This document shows positions 1 through 11,862 of a DNA stretch of 64,000 nt, in pieces. The notes beneath the pieces were generated by a model. The model worked only from the letters and a program-made list of their open reading frames with translations. It searched no databases and had not been told where the DNA came from. The stretch is from Trypanosoma brucei (taxonomy: Eukaryota), in the NCBI GenBank assembly GCA_000002445.1, contig CM000208.1, forward strand, positions 1,184,001 through 1,248,000, written 5' to 3'. The translations under genes were made by a program, and so were the position numbers. Within the stretch, counting starts at the first letter, position 1; each line of letters begins with the position of its first letter.

Positions 1-709
1 AGAAACGGCACCCCGTCGATAAATTTTTTAAATGGAAGTGCTCCGGCAAATGCAAATCCTCTACCTTGAGATGCAACGCCCGCTGGAGCGCTTCTACCCA
101 CGCTGACACATTTGATGGCAGCGAGGACACGGAAACTCTTCCCATAGCCATCTTACGCCGCAGCCCCCTAACTAACCTCGTTGAGGCACGGCAACATATT
201 TAAAATTAAGAAAATGTTGAGCGAAGCTGTGTATATCATCAGAGAGTAAGGAGAGCGAGATGGGGAAATGAAGAAATAGAGTGGCACAACCAAACGGAGA
301 ACGGGAGACCACGACGGTACAAAATCAACGAAACAAACAAAAGAAAGAGACTCGAGGATAATGAGCCAGGAGCGGAAAAGTATAGGCCAAAGCGTGAAGG
401 GAACCCAGTTGTCACAACACATTACCTAGAACTACTTTTGGTAAGGGAACAAAAGGTACTTTACGAAAGAAGGGCGCCCAACACTGGAGGGGTAAAACCA
501 CATGTTCTCCTTTCTCAAAAGTTCTGATGTACCACTTGCATCACACACCAGAGCGTCCGTTATTGATTCGCCCCCAGCGCAGCTATCCAGAACATCTATT
601 TTGGCATTTCTGCTGTTTTGCTCCGTCCTCTTGCCCTCCTCCCAACGCCATCCTCTGGCCGAAAGTACAGCCAATATCTACATTCTCCAGTAAACAGGTG
701 CGGCTGATC

Positions 710-1048
710 CTACAACCCCTTGAAGACGACAATTGCTACATAACCTTTATGGAACATGTACATAAGGTGCTTCATCTCATATGAAATTTCGAAGCCAAAT
801 CCCTCACCCATCACACAGTGCCATGAAGGGCCGTACTTTTTGTCCATCTGTTCCTTGATGTGTCTTGCTGCAAGTTCGTAGCTGTCTTCGTGCTTCTCAA
901 TCGCGTTTACCACAATTTCCTTGCACTCGGCGCGCATTTCTTCCGCCATGTCACTCATCTTCTCTAATGGATAGTTTAACGGTGTTACATATTGACGAAT
1001 GGTATCGATGTTGCAGGGCCCGTCAGGTTCCTTCACGTTGGACGTCAT
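710..1048 (-). CDS. Dynein light chain LC8-type (112 aa)
   Basis: Full-length match to LC8/DYNLL family signature (…KYGPSWHCVMGEGFGFEISYEMKHLMYMF…GYVAIVVFK); purine-rich tract upstream on coding strand. Confidence 0.85.
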   Translation of the reverse strand: MTSNVKEPDGPCNIDTIRQYVTPLNYPLEKMSDMAEEMRAECKEIVVNAIEKHEDSYELAARHIKEQMDKKYGPSWHCVMGEGFGFEISYEMKHLMYMFHKGYVAIVVFKGL

Positions 1049-1455
1049 TGCTTGTTGTGGCCTCTCTATCTAGCTTCATGAAGAGAAAACCATTTATGAA
1101 CCACCATATTTTTGCAGCAACACACACACACATTGAAAGTATTGCGCAGTCATTATCGAGAAAAGGGTTTAGGGAACCAAATTGGAAAGGAGAGATACAA
1201 CAAACAACAACCGTTGCAACGCAACCCCCCGAAACATCAAACTGTGGCGTACCACTCGATATCATGTGTAAAGAATAAACGTGCACTGAGAGGACGGGAT
1301 TCCAACACCAACGGCACGTAGAGGACCACGTTGAAAAAAAGAGAGAAAGACAATATATTTAAATCATTGAACGTGTCAACTCATCAGCTACTGACAGATA
1401 CCGGGTCGACTCTCATAAAAGCAAAGAAGCTTCCGTACGGAGGAAGTTGTCCCCG

Positions 1456-2169
1456 TCATATAGCTGCGCCACCAAACTTCACTCCTTCATACGGCCGCCT
1501 GTCACTGCCATCTAGGTTGAACAATGTGACACTGAACAAGCCCTTGTGGGAGACGGGCCGCTCGGCGAGAGTGTGAAGAAAGCACCGCACCGCCTGCTCC
1601 TGGGAAAGTGCGCCCACGTCCTCGATTGGAACTGCTTCCTGTGTCAACCGTGGAAGAAGTTGCTCACTTTCCCGACTGTAAAGCAAACATTGGCCATCAA
1701 CTAATTCGTCAAAAGTCATAACAACACCTTTCTGCGACAAGTACGCAACTGTTGTTCCTGCACCCCTCTCGAGAATCCACGCAAGCAGTGACTGCTCGAG
1801 TTCCTTCAGCCCACCTTTACTAGTTGTAACCAATACAGAAACATCTCCCATACCATCGCCGTCAGACGTCAGAACACAGTGTTCCGACCACTGTGCCACT
1901 AACGATGAAATCACCTTCTTGACATCTTCTGGTCGAAGACGGCGATTAATCGTCTCATTCCGAAACAAACCACTATTGCAGCTGTACAATCGAAGAAGTG
2001 GGCACGTGTCACGTTTCCTATGTTGTGCATGAAAAGCAGCGTGGTCCATCACCAAATTTCCCCACAGTGCCATCTGCCGTTCTAGCGCACTCGGCGACGG
2101 CTGCAGCGTGAAGAAAGGAGGAAGTTTAAAGAAGTCCCAGTGACCCGGCTCCTTTGACATCTGATGCAA
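1456..2169 (-). CDS. VPS25: ESCRT-II subunit VPS25 homologue (237 aa)
   Basis: N-terminal W-x-F-x-PPFFTLQP motif and C-terminal GVKF match the VPS25 family; winged-helix-size protein. Confidence 0.7.
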   Translation of the reverse strand: MHQMSKEPGHWDFFKLPPFFTLQPSPSALERQMALWGNLVMDHAAFHAQHRKRDTCPLLRLYSCNSGLFRNETINRRLRPEDVKKVISSLVAQWSEHCVLTSDGDGMGDVSVLVTTSKGGLKELEQSLLAWILERGAGTTVAYLSQKGVVMTFDELVDGQCLLYSRESEQLLPRLTQEAVPIEDVGALSQEQAVRCFLHTLAERPVSHKGLFSVTLFNLDGSDRRPYEGVKFGGAAI

Positions 2170-2693
2170 ATCAGACTTCTACTTTTCTTAATAAGGAAGG
2201 ATGTTATGCGTGTGTTCGGTTTTAGCATTCAAGAAGGGCAAGGAAAATGAGGGGGGGACGAAAGAGGAAAGATGATGCTTCCATGGACAGAAAACGTGCA
2301 AAAAAAAAAAAAACAGCGACGACATGTGCATTTTACACACAAGAAGAGGGTAAACTCGCGACACATTTCCCATTGCATGCCACTTCTTTGTGACGACATC
2401 ACGCGGGAGGGAATAAAATGCCGCTCGTAAAAGGAAAAAGCTGAAAGTATTTACCTTTGAATTCACTCCCTCACCAGCCGCCCACCTAGCCGTTGCTCGT
2501 GCCATAAAATCCCCATGGTTCTTTCTTTCGCTCTCCTTCTTCAATTCCTTTTCCGTTTCTTTTTCAACGCAAACAACACGAAAGGCGAAGTGTGGAGCTG
2601 GTAACGGGAGGCGGGGGGAGTCCCCCGAAGCAGAGATAAATACATGCCGAAGGAACAAGTGACACCATCCGAAGCATGGCGAAGTTGATTTCT

Positions 2694-3314
2694 CTAGCTT
2701 ACAGATTGCACTCGCTCTACGCCGTCCTTCGTTACAGCCTTACATATAAAAGTATTGTTGCTTACCACTACTCGCTTCTTCACCTCATCACAGCATTTTT
2801 GCATTAGCTCAACTCCCTCCTGTGCTGTCAAATTGGGACGCCACATCCGGTCAAGCATGGCGGTAACAAACGGTGCTCCGTATCCGTGACAGCCGTAAGG
2901 CACCTCCTGAAGTGTGCCCAGGTAATCCAGATAGTAGAGGTGCGCACCTGTTGCAACATCGTCCTCCGCGGATGCCGGTACGTCGAAACCAGCGAGCAGG
3001 CAATTGACAGGATACAACCCGTCACGGCTACGCAGCGCCCCAGCAAGCGTATTACGCATAAAAGATGCCGTAGCGTGTGTGCTTATCATACGGCCGTGCT
3101 CGCGCATCTTCTTGAGCGCCATATTGCATTTCACGTACTCCACAAAGTGCGTCCGCGGCCCGTTTTCACCCGCGCAGGCCACCACCTTGTGAGAGTCGAG
3201 TTCCGTGATCTTATCCTCCGTATCCGTTATCTTAATGTAGTAAAACGCATTTAACCCCGCAGCTGCGACCAAAACAAAGTCCTGGCACCTAAACCCGATA
3301 GTCGTCTCTGCCAT
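2694..3314 (-). CDS. Proteasome beta subunit, non-catalytic beta type-2 (beta-4) (206 aa)
   Basis: Collinear with PSMB2 (…FVEYVKCNMALKKMREHGRMIS…LAGALRSR…NCLLAGFD…LYYLDYLGTL…YGCHGYGA…); no Thr1 propeptide junction, so non-catalytic. Confidence 0.85.
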   Translation of the reverse strand: MAETTIGFRCQDFVLVAAAGLNAFYYIKITDTEDKITELDSHKVVACAGENGPRTHFVEYVKCNMALKKMREHGRMISTHATASFMRNTLAGALRSRDGLYPVNCLLAGFDVPASAEDDVATGAHLYYLDYLGTLQEVPYGCHGYGAPFVTAMLDRMWRPNLTAQEGVELMQKCCDEVKKRVVVSNNTFICKAVTKDGVERVQSVS

Positions 3315-4396
3315 TGCGCGTCCTTGTTGGAATATATACGTATACGTATATATGTGTGGATGTATAAAATATACTTACTTTCTCTTTCCGTTTTATATTC
3401 CTAGACCCCTTTGTGTTGCTGTTTTTTTTTCCCACCTTTTTTCTCTTATCTTACGGTCGCAAGCAAGCACAGTCCAACAAATGTTACGAATGCTTATTCA
3501 TCGCGGGAAGATATGGAGAAGGGCATGAAGAAATAAAGAATGCACATTTCCCTCCTTCTGTATACCTGGGTATTTCCAAGCAGGGGAGATTGACGGTGAC
3601 AAAGTAAGACTAAAAGGATTTTTTGAAAAAAGAAAACTCCTTCACCGTTTCCTCATTGCTTTTTCTCCCACTTGCAGCTTGCTGCCATTACACGCACACA
3701 CGCATATATATATATATCAATGATCCACCCCCACTTTGGGGTATGGAAGCGAAATGGAACGGAACAAGGTGGAGTGGGAGATCAGTAAACACATGTCTCA
3801 GACACAAACACCTCTTTATACCTTTATGGTAAACGTGGATTTTTATCAACAATCCTGCGCGTATGTGTGATTCACGCCGTTACAGCGCTCAATCCGTAAT
3901 TCTAAAATGCATTTTGCCTACGGCTAAGTGGAGGCAAGCACCATCACCGTCAAACCGCCGGCAACCGCTTTTAGCAAAAAACAGGGAAGCAGTGATTGAA
4001 TTAACATTTTCTCTCTTTTTTCTCCCTCTCCTCCCCCGCCGCCCAACAAACAAAAGGCTCTTTGCAAAGTTTATTCCAACTAGACATGACACAAGCGAAA
4101 CTAAAAAAGGGGGAGAATCACAAGGATTTGGGCCCTCATTTGTGTGACCGTAAGGAGTGCTTTCCCACTGCTTTCCTTCCATCCATTAGCTTTTCCCACA
4201 AAATGGGTAAAACCAGCATCCGGCGACGACACGTGCGCGCCACCGAGGTTGTTAAACTGGCAAATGGAAAAGGGAAGAAAGGAGGTCACACGGCGGCGGC
4301 TCGCGAACAAGGGCCTCGACGCAGAACTGAATAAAAACAAAACGATGCATCGCATGGGCTCAAGTGACAACTGTTACGCATCATCTGCGGTGCATG

Positions 4397-5509
4397 TTAA
4401 CAGAGCTTCAAGTACTCCAATGTGCGCAAAGCTCTTTCCCCACTAAGCTGGGCTACTTTTATGGGAGTACACCACACTCCTTGAAAAAACGCACCCGCAG
4501 ACAAATCTGCATCAACACTACAAAGAAACTGAAGAGAATCAAAATGTCTATCGTCGGTGGCGCACATGTGCGCTGCTGTCTCACCATCGTCCGTACGCTC
4601 ATTGACGTCGCAGCCGGCCCCCAGTAGCGCCCTTTTCAACTGAGCGGCTCCGTCAGACGTGTTAAGACAAGCGATATGAAACGGAGAGCGGCCCTGAGCG
4701 TTCTTCGCACTCGCATCAGCACCCGCTTTCAGTAGTAGCTTCAGCACAGCCGTCGAAAAATTGTGTTTACCGCACAAAACATGTAGTGCTGTGTTGCCCT
4801 CCTCGTCCGCTTTATTCACAATATGCGATCCGGAATCACCAAACTGCGCTAACACTTCACTAACCGTTTCAGAATCGCAAGACGAGCTGCGAATAACTGC
4901 CATGAGTCGTTCACACTCTGGTGACAAGGGAGCAAATTTACGCACAGGTGCACAAAGAGTTTCGTTACAGCGTACCCCTAGTGACTCTTCCAGGGAAGGA
5001 TGGCTCCCTTGTAGCTGCGTCGGGTGGTTGAACAGGCGGACAGACTGTCTATCCCATCCAGATCCCTTAACTCCGACTATTCCACCACTAAAGTGACCCC
5101 AAAGGGTGTTTACCCTTTCCATTGTGTGTTGCTCCATCAAACTAAGGCACGCCTCAGTCCATAACAACCGCTGTATCCTTTCGGAAAGCTCGCTGGTGCG
5201 CAGCCGCAAGTTTTCATGCTCTGCTTGCTCCACCAACTCCTCCTTGGTAGCATCCAGTTCATCCATAAGGCACCTTATTGTGGTCTCTTCTTCGTCCATA
5301 CGCGCACTAAAATTTTGGAACTCCGCTGTCTCAATGTCCTCGGTTCGCCGCAGTTCCTCAACGGCGTCATGAATGCGCGCTAACCGCCTATTTATAAGTG
5401 CGACAGCCTCCTCACCTGGGGCCGCGTAGGTGTGCGGGGGGTTGTCTGCCTCAGAAATGCTTGTTGCTGATGTGCTCATTGGCTTGTTTGTCTTTGAAGC
5501 ACACAGCAA
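4397..5509 (-). CDS. Ankyrin-repeat protein with N-terminal coiled-coil (≤370 aa; true start may be internal Met)
   Basis: C-terminal half has tandem ankyrin repeats (GNTALHVLCGKHN…LLKAGADASAKNAQGRSPFHIAC…DDGETAAHMC); N-terminal half heptad/charged coiled-coil. Confidence 0.6.
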   Translation of the reverse strand: MLCASKTNKPMSTSATSISEADNPPHTYAAPGEEAVALINRRLARIHDAVEELRRTEDIETAEFQNFSARMDEEETTIRCLMDELDATKEELVEQAEHENLRLRTSELSERIQRLLWTEACLSLMEQHTMERVNTLWGHFSGGIVGVKGSGWDRQSVRLFNHPTQLQGSHPSLEESLGVRCNETLCAPVRKFAPLSPECERLMAVIRSSSCDSETVSEVLAQFGDSGSHIVNKADEEGNTALHVLCGKHNFSTAVLKLLLKAGADASAKNAQGRSPFHIACLNTSDGAAQLKRALLGAGCDVNERTDDGETAAHMCATDDRHFDSLQFLCSVDADLSAGAFFQGVWCTPIKVAQLSGERALRTLEYLKLC

Positions 5510-5829
5510 ATGGGCATGTAACTAGTAGAGTATAAAGATTATGTCCTACCGACTGTACAATCCGCGGCTTCACACAACGGCACCACAAGCGGAAGACGTC
5601 CCCTACGAATTCAACTGCCTAAAGTTAGATGAGGAAGAAAGGTGAGGAGAAACCGCAAAAAAAAAACAATACACTGCCAACAACAATACAAAATTCATAG
5701 AGCAGTAAAAATCATGCACATTTCTGGTACGAGTGACACAAACATACTTGACGAAGTGTATGGGCGTGAATGTATATACGAAGAGAAATGTAAGCATTCT
5801 CTCCTTCAGTCGCAAAAGCTTCCCTCTCT

Positions 5830-7263
5830 CTATGAGTGGCTATCTTTCATTTTGCGCCTCGCTTGCCTTGCCAACGCTTCCGCGCAGGGTCTGTAGGATC
5901 TACGGTGGATGGAGGACAAACCGTGTTTCTTCACAGCACGCATGTGATGATCCACAGGATAGCCCTTGTTCTCTGCAAAGTGATACTTTGGGTACAATGG
6001 ATCAAGATAGTCCATTATCTCATCCCGCGAGACCTTGGCAAGACACGAAGCAGCTGCAATTGTAAGGCTGCGCTTGTCGCCCTCTATGATCGGCTGCACG
6101 CAGCCACCCGTCTGAACATCAGTGAAAACGGAAACCGTTTCGTAGGGCGCTGTGTGCCCATCAACTAAGACCAATGGAGGCTGGACAGGTTCTGCGTCAA
6201 AAAAGTCAGTCGCACCCTCTACCAAGTCGATTTGGTCGGGAACCTCATATCGCCGGCGATCATCGTTTGCAGCGGTTATACAAAACCTCGAGAACAGATA
6301 CTGGGCAATAGAACAGTTTTTGGGTCGAGGTGCTACATGGTAGGAAAAACGCGCATCATTCAGCGCATCCCAAACACCGAGGCAACATCGATGCATGGTG
6401 TTCATAGAGGCGGAATAGATGTTAACCGTGTCAATGTAAGTGTGGTTTGCAATACCAATGGCCCAAAAGTACAAGTAATTACCGCTAACATTGCTACCGT
6501 GGTATGAAATCAAATACGGCGTCTGCATGGAGAGAAGCTTCTTAAAAGGCAGTTTGCCCAGTTTGGTGTGTGAAGGAAGTCGTTTCTTCAGCACATTATC
6601 GGGCACCGAATCGCCCCCGGCATGGTGAACCACGAAGTCCTGGTCTTCCACTAATGAAAACAAATTGTGGTACCCGGTGATATTGTTATATACGACTTTA
6701 CGTTGGGTTTCCGAAACTGACTTGCTGTCAAATATCTGAAACTCCTCATCGGCATCGTACAGTGCCTTTAGATCGTTGTTAAAACTTGAACGTGGGATGC
6801 GACATACGGCCGCCCCAACCACCGGCCCAGCAAGTGGTCCACGACCAGCTTCATCACAACCAATTGTTAAAAACGTTTCTTTTATACTTCGCCGAATCAC
6901 CACCCCGTTCTTCCGCATGCGTGCCATTAACTGCTCCTTTTCCTTTTCAAGTCTACGCATTTCCGGTGTGAGATGCTTCGGGAACTGGAGCTGTTGCTGC
7001 CGCCGCTGAAGGAAACTGAGGGGTGGTGGGGAAAGAAGACCGTCACGGAACAACTGGTATCCAACCATATCAAGCGTACTATCAAGCGTAGCCACGCTGT
7101 CGACCGTCGTGCGAGGTGGGACGCGAAGCTCACGCAAAGCGTCCCACGGGGTCTTGCGCTCATGAGACCCCCGGTCAGCGCTATTTTTACACGGCATCGT
7201 GGGCCGGAAGGCACCAAACAAAAGTGCTGGGGAATGTGAAAAACACGCCCTCACACCCAACAT
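5830..7263 (-). CDS. Ribonuclease H2 catalytic subunit A with long N-terminal extension and internal insertions (≤477 aa)
   Basis: RNase HII motifs GCDEAGRGPLAGPVV (metal-binding DE), …DSKS…, …IAAASCLAKVSRD…, …ENKGYPVDHHM…; catalytic motif begins ~130 aa into ORF. Confidence 0.8.
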   Translation of the reverse strand: MLGVRACFSHSPALLFGAFRPTMPCKNSADRGSHERKTPWDALRELRVPPRTTVDSVATLDSTLDMVGYQLFRDGLLSPPPLSFLQRRQQQLQFPKHLTPEMRRLEKEKEQLMARMRKNGVVIRRSIKETFLTIGCDEAGRGPLAGPVVGAAVCRIPRSSFNNDLKALYDADEEFQIFDSKSVSETQRKVVYNNITGYHNLFSLVEDQDFVVHHAGGDSVPDNVLKKRLPSHTKLGKLPFKKLLSMQTPYLISYHGSNVSGNYLYFWAIGIANHTYIDTVNIYSASMNTMHRCCLGVWDALNDARFSYHVAPRPKNCSIAQYLFSRFCITAANDDRRRYEVPDQIDLVEGATDFFDAEPVQPPLVLVDGHTAPYETVSVFTDVQTGGCVQPIIEGDKRSLTIAAASCLAKVSRDEIMDYLDPLYPKYHFAENKGYPVDHHMRAVKKHGLSSIHRRSYRPCAEALARQARRKMKDSHS

Positions 7264-7742
7264 GGAGGGTCAACTCTCTTCCGCCACAGGGCGCAGACAG
7301 CTAAGGCTTTGAACAATCTGCTGCTCCTCCAGACTTCCAAACGTCCTTGCTATCTATCTACCACTGCACGATGCAGTACTAAACAGTGCAAACAATAATA
7401 ATAATAACATTGGAGAAGTGCGCAGCATGTGTTAATGTTAAAAAGTAAAGTGGGAAACTTCCACGTCAGGAAGAAAAGAAGTCCAACCACCACTCGGTAA
7501 GGTAAACACCGCAAAATGTTTAAAGAGAGAAAAAGGAATAGAAGAGAGAAGTGTAGAAAAATAAAAACCTTACTTTTAACCTTCGTCATGTAGTTTTAAT
7601 AGCTTCGACAAAGAGGCTTCCGTTCTCTCTCACTCTCCCTCTCCCCCAGCAACAACTACGCCGAATGGGGAAGAAGAAAAGAAAAGAGAAGAAAGAATAT
7701 AATTAAATCACGTCCCTCCCACTGAATAATATACTGTGTTGC

Positions 7743-7934
7743 TTAAAGTGGCTTTGGGCGTTTTTCCGATGCTAGTGCCTTGAAGCGTCTCTTAATGGTT
7801 ACACGGTGACGGCTGTATTTGTCATCGGGGCTGAAACGTGCGGGATGCGCGCTGAGTGTTGGTTTCCCATCCGGGTCCATCTTCTTTAAAGTGTACTGCC
7901 GTTTGCCGTCCACGAGATAAACTTGAAGGTGCAT
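7743..7934 (-). CDS. NOP10: H/ACA snoRNP subunit NOP10 (63 aa)
   Basis: [18 protein letters not shown]…[24 protein letters not shown] is a near-textbook NOP10 sequence; lies inside an otherwise gene-poor AT-rich stretch. Confidence 0.85.
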   Translation of the reverse strand: MHLQVYLVDGKRQYTLKKMDPDGKPTLSAHPARFSPDDKYSRHRVTIKRRFKALASEKRPKPL

Positions 7935-7968
7935 GATGAATTACCCCTTTTGTGCGTGTTACTAATAG

Positions 7969-7971
<3 letters not shown>

Positions 7972-8003
<32 letters not shown>
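7972..8003. repeat. (TA)n microsatellite
   Basis: ~16 TA units read directly. Confidence 0.95.
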
Positions 8004-8005
<2 letters not shown>

Positions 8006-10143
8006 TCCTTTTCTCCTTCTTCTTCAAAGCGTGTCTCAAGATAGAGAAGTGAGATGAAGAGCACCATTTAGAGTCGGAAGCGGTGAAGGAATTAAAACAA
8101 CGAAAAGATAATATTATTTTTTCCTTTGCTAAAGGGAAGAAAATGCCGTTACATAATCAACGAAACAAACAGCACAATCACACACGAATGCACCGCGCCT
8201 ACACGCAGTACAAAGAATTCGCGCATGCACTTTAATGAATACTGAATGCTGTGGGAAAACAAAAACAGAAACAAGGTATAGGCGCTGTGAGAAAAGACAG
8301 GAGTAAGGAAAAACAAAAAGATGAGCGGTGAATTTAAAAGAAAAAAAGGAAAGGGGGGAAAGAAGAGGGGGGGGAAAGAAAAAAAAAAAAATAGCGCCAG
8401 CAAAGAAAAAAAAAGAAAACGTTTCTAAAACCTTAAAGCTTAAAGAAACGGTGCCGTTCCTTCATGCTTACGCACACGTACACACACTTCCTCTCCCTTT
8501 CCAACACTGCATGTTATGTTACATCACCACAACTAATAACAACTAATAATAATATTAATACTGAAATTGATATCGTGAAAAATAGCGAAAGAACGTTGTG
8601 ATGCGGCTGGGCAATGATGCAGAGGTGAGGTTGGTCATGTGAGAAAAGAACAGCGTGCTGCAACAAACGCAAACAAAAAGAATATACGAATCGATACAAA
8701 AAAGTAAGGAAGGGAAAAACACATCTTCAAGAGGTTGTCGATCACTGGCAATTATTGCATGATATGTTAGACGGTAAATGAAGCGGATACAAATAAACAA
8801 GGAAATAGAAGGGGGGAGAAGTGGAAAAGTGGAGCAAAAATAAGACAAGAACAAAACGAACTTGTGGGTTTGGAAAAAGCGAAAGTGATGCCCAATCTAC
8901 CTGAAACTGCCAGTTGAAAAGATGAAGAAAAGTGGGGCGGAAAAAAATGGCCCCGTACGTCCACAACTCAATTTGCACTCAGTAATCCCCAAGTGCACAT
9001 AAACATTTCAATCATCTTCTTTTTAATTATTTGTCATCCAGCTAGATTCCTATAAAATTAGGTTATGAGAAGGCAACAAGCACGGCCAGAAGACAGGAAA
9101 CTGCCTCCGGTGCGATTATGAAAATTATTAGTCTTTTTTGTCCTCCCTATTCTTCTTTTCCCCTTCCTACTCACCTCTTTATTTATTTTCGCTGAAACCC
9201 CTAGTATTCTTCTACACCACGCACTCCCTTTTTTTTTTTCTGTCCCATTATTTTTACCTTTTTTTTTTCTGTACACCAACATCTCATAAAAATGTTTGTG
9301 TTTTGAATCACCATACGGTGCCATCCACCTGCTACTGTGAAAACAAAATCAAATCGAAAAAAAGAATGAAAAGCACTTTTCCCCCTTTGTGACGTGACAG
9401 AAGAAACTCCATATCAGGTGGGTCCCCCTTTAACTCTAAGGAAAAAAAAAACAAAGCGTCAACAGAGGGTAACAGAGAAAACAGAACAGAATAAAGAAAA
9501 AGAAAAGGAAATTAACAAAAACAGAGAAACGTGTACCTCGTACATACATGCAAACAAAATGAGGCACAAACACGTGCCGGAAATGGGCAACCGACATGAC
9601 TCTTCTCTCTTCTGACGCTTTTATATTTATTGTAACTTTCATTTTCTCTCATCCACCCACAGGATTTTATTGCGCATCGAGAGCCAAGAGGTGTCACATT
9701 CAGTGCCATGTGCATACGCAGAGAGGGAGGGCTGCACATTCATTAAAAGCGAATGAAAACCACAAACAAATATGTGTCCACCGCTATACGGAAATGAAAG
9801 GACCTATCGATGAGGAATATACATCACCACTCCTCCCATCCTTTTGATTGAAGCACAAATACATCCACCATAAATAATTACCGCGTGCTGATTTTGCATT
9901 TGTACGACTGCCAACGATTATTCGACGGTGCCGTTTCCTCCGCAACCCTTTTCTCTCTTCGTTCTGTCTTTTGTTTTGCTCCTTCCATCTATTGCCTTTG
10001 TTGTTATTTACGTTAAAACCGACAACTTTTCATTGGTTGTCCTCATATTTAGCCGTTAATACGGTCAATCAGGATGCCCTCACGCAAGCGCATAAATGCC
10101 TTAGATCTACACTTTACTTGGGTCTAAAACCCCCACACCATAC

Positions 10144-11424
10144 TTATTCCCATTCATTAGATGGATCGTAACGACCATAGTATGAAACTACCATCTTTGG
10201 ACGCCTCTCTAAGTGTGCACGAACCAACCGATCGTCACGCATTTCACTCGTGATGTAACACACGTTGTCAAGTACGGAATACAACTTTTGTTGTGAGAGA
10301 AATGTTGGAAGACGCCTATTAGATCCGGCTTCGACACAGAGCCACATCCAACAGTAGTATAAACTGCGGAGCTCGTAGCGAATAAATATTTCCGGAAGGC
10401 GCTCACCACACCTGGGAAACTCAAGGCTCATCTCATCACTCCCGTTAATATCTAGTCCATTGTACTCCTCCTCAGCCCGCCTGTTTTCATCCTCCACGTC
10501 CTTCAGGTACATCTCCTCCACGCTGGCTCGTATTTTTCTGTAATTCAACTCCACGTGCGCGTCCACGTAGGTTTTGTGACGCTTGTAAGCACGCTGCAGA
10601 ATCACAGCCGCTTCCCGTAGTTGGCGAAAGCTGTGAGAAGATAATGGACATCGGCGGCGCAGGTAAGAAAGAACAACACCAACAGCAATCACCTTCTCTC
10701 GCGTCCGCGGCGATGGAAGTTTTTCCCGTGATTCACTCGGGGCCAAGGTTACCTTTTTTTTACCTCTCTTTCGAAGCCATAGCCTGCAGATAGGAAGAAG
10801 AAGATTGCGAAGGGTCTTCAGAGCACACCTTGAGTGGTGACCCGATTCCCCTTCATTCAGCGGAGGAAGTGTCGAGGTTGTTACGGCGTTGTTATACAAG
10901 GCACCGCAACCGCGATGTTGGGCGTTAATAACATCCAGCACCGAAAGACGCCCAGCGGTGAAATGATCGCCAATTTCAACTTCCGTGGCTGTTTTGAGGC
11001 GGCGTCGCACCGCCTTTTTTCGGGAATTAAAGCCATAAAAACATTCCCCTGACGACCTTCGGAGGGTCCGTTTCCAGTCTGTGGGTCCTAAAACTCTATC
11101 TCTCTCCCTTTGACCCAAGGCATTAATACGTGAATGAAACGCCATACAGTGACGTCTTACCCTTGGTAACGTGCTGACAGGTTGGTTCTTTGACGTGCAA
11201 GGAACCTGGCTTCCCAGCGGTTCAAGTCGCAGATCGTGAACGTGGTTCATACGGGCCAGTTCTTCATCGTGAAATGCATTTCGTGTGGCGATGGGCCTCA
11301 GAGCTCGCACCGCCATTTTTTTTTTTCGCTTTACTTTCACTCCGCTTCCACTGTTGTTTTTGTCTTCTTTTTTTTGGGGGGGGGGATATCCTGGGCAAAC
11401 AATGGTAATCGACTGAAACACCAC
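10144..11424 (-). CDS. Hypothetical protein, basic, IQ-like motif (≤426 aa; probable start at internal Met ~11316)
   Basis: Long ORF in transcribed orientation of the minus-strand gene array; IQ-like LREAAVILQRAYKRHK; no family recognised. Confidence 0.4.
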   Translation of the reverse strand: MVFQSITIVCPGYPPPQKKEDKNNSGSGVKVKRKKKMAVRALRPIATRNAFHDEELARMNHVHDLRLEPLGSQVPCTSKNQPVSTLPRVRRHCMAFHSRINALGQRERDRVLGPTDWKRTLRRSSGECFYGFNSRKKAVRRRLKTATEVEIGDHFTAGRLSVLDVINAQHRGCGALYNNAVTTSTLPPLNEGESGHHSRCALKTLRNLLLPICRLWLRKRGKKKVTLAPSESREKLPSPRTREKVIAVGVVLSYLRRRCPLSSHSFRQLREAAVILQRAYKRHKTYVDAHVELNYRKIRASVEEMYLKDVEDENRRAEEEYNGLDINGSDEMSLEFPRCGERLPEIFIRYELRSLYYCWMWLCVEAGSNRRLPTFLSQQKLYSVLDNVCYITSEMRDDRLVRAHLERRPKMVVSYYGRYDPSNEWE

Positions 11425-11862
11425 AGGAATAAGGGGGGAAAAAAACTAATCTATACGGAGTTTTTTTGTCTCCCGAACAGGCAGAAAACGAAATGAAAGA
11501 GAAATTATTCGTGCGTTCGTCTGGGAACGAGGACAGCACAAATCACCCACCGCGTGACACAAGCCAGCAGTGACGTCAGCAGCGGCAGCAACAAAATATG
11601 CTGAGAGTAGTGTGAAGTATTATTTACTTTAGTATGTGTATTGATTAACCTTCTGCCCTTCCTCTGTCAGGACTAGAAGTACCCGTTCCCTCCTTCGACT
11701 ACCCTATCCCTCAGCTCTCATCCCCTTTTACTTCATCTCCTATCATCGTTCAAAATTAAAACAATGAAAGCAAGGAAAATAAACAACACAACCACAATGC
11801 GGGCGATACGCCTTTCCTGAAATTTGGCTTCAAACAGCCATTGAAGTACACTGCTGCTGCTA

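Noticed and set aside
2886-3254. 122-aa plus-strand ORF antisense to the proteasome beta gene (similar antisense ORFs at 16672-17109, 34731-35237, 57359-57652)
   Set aside because: Fully embedded antisense within well-supported CDSs; expected by chance.
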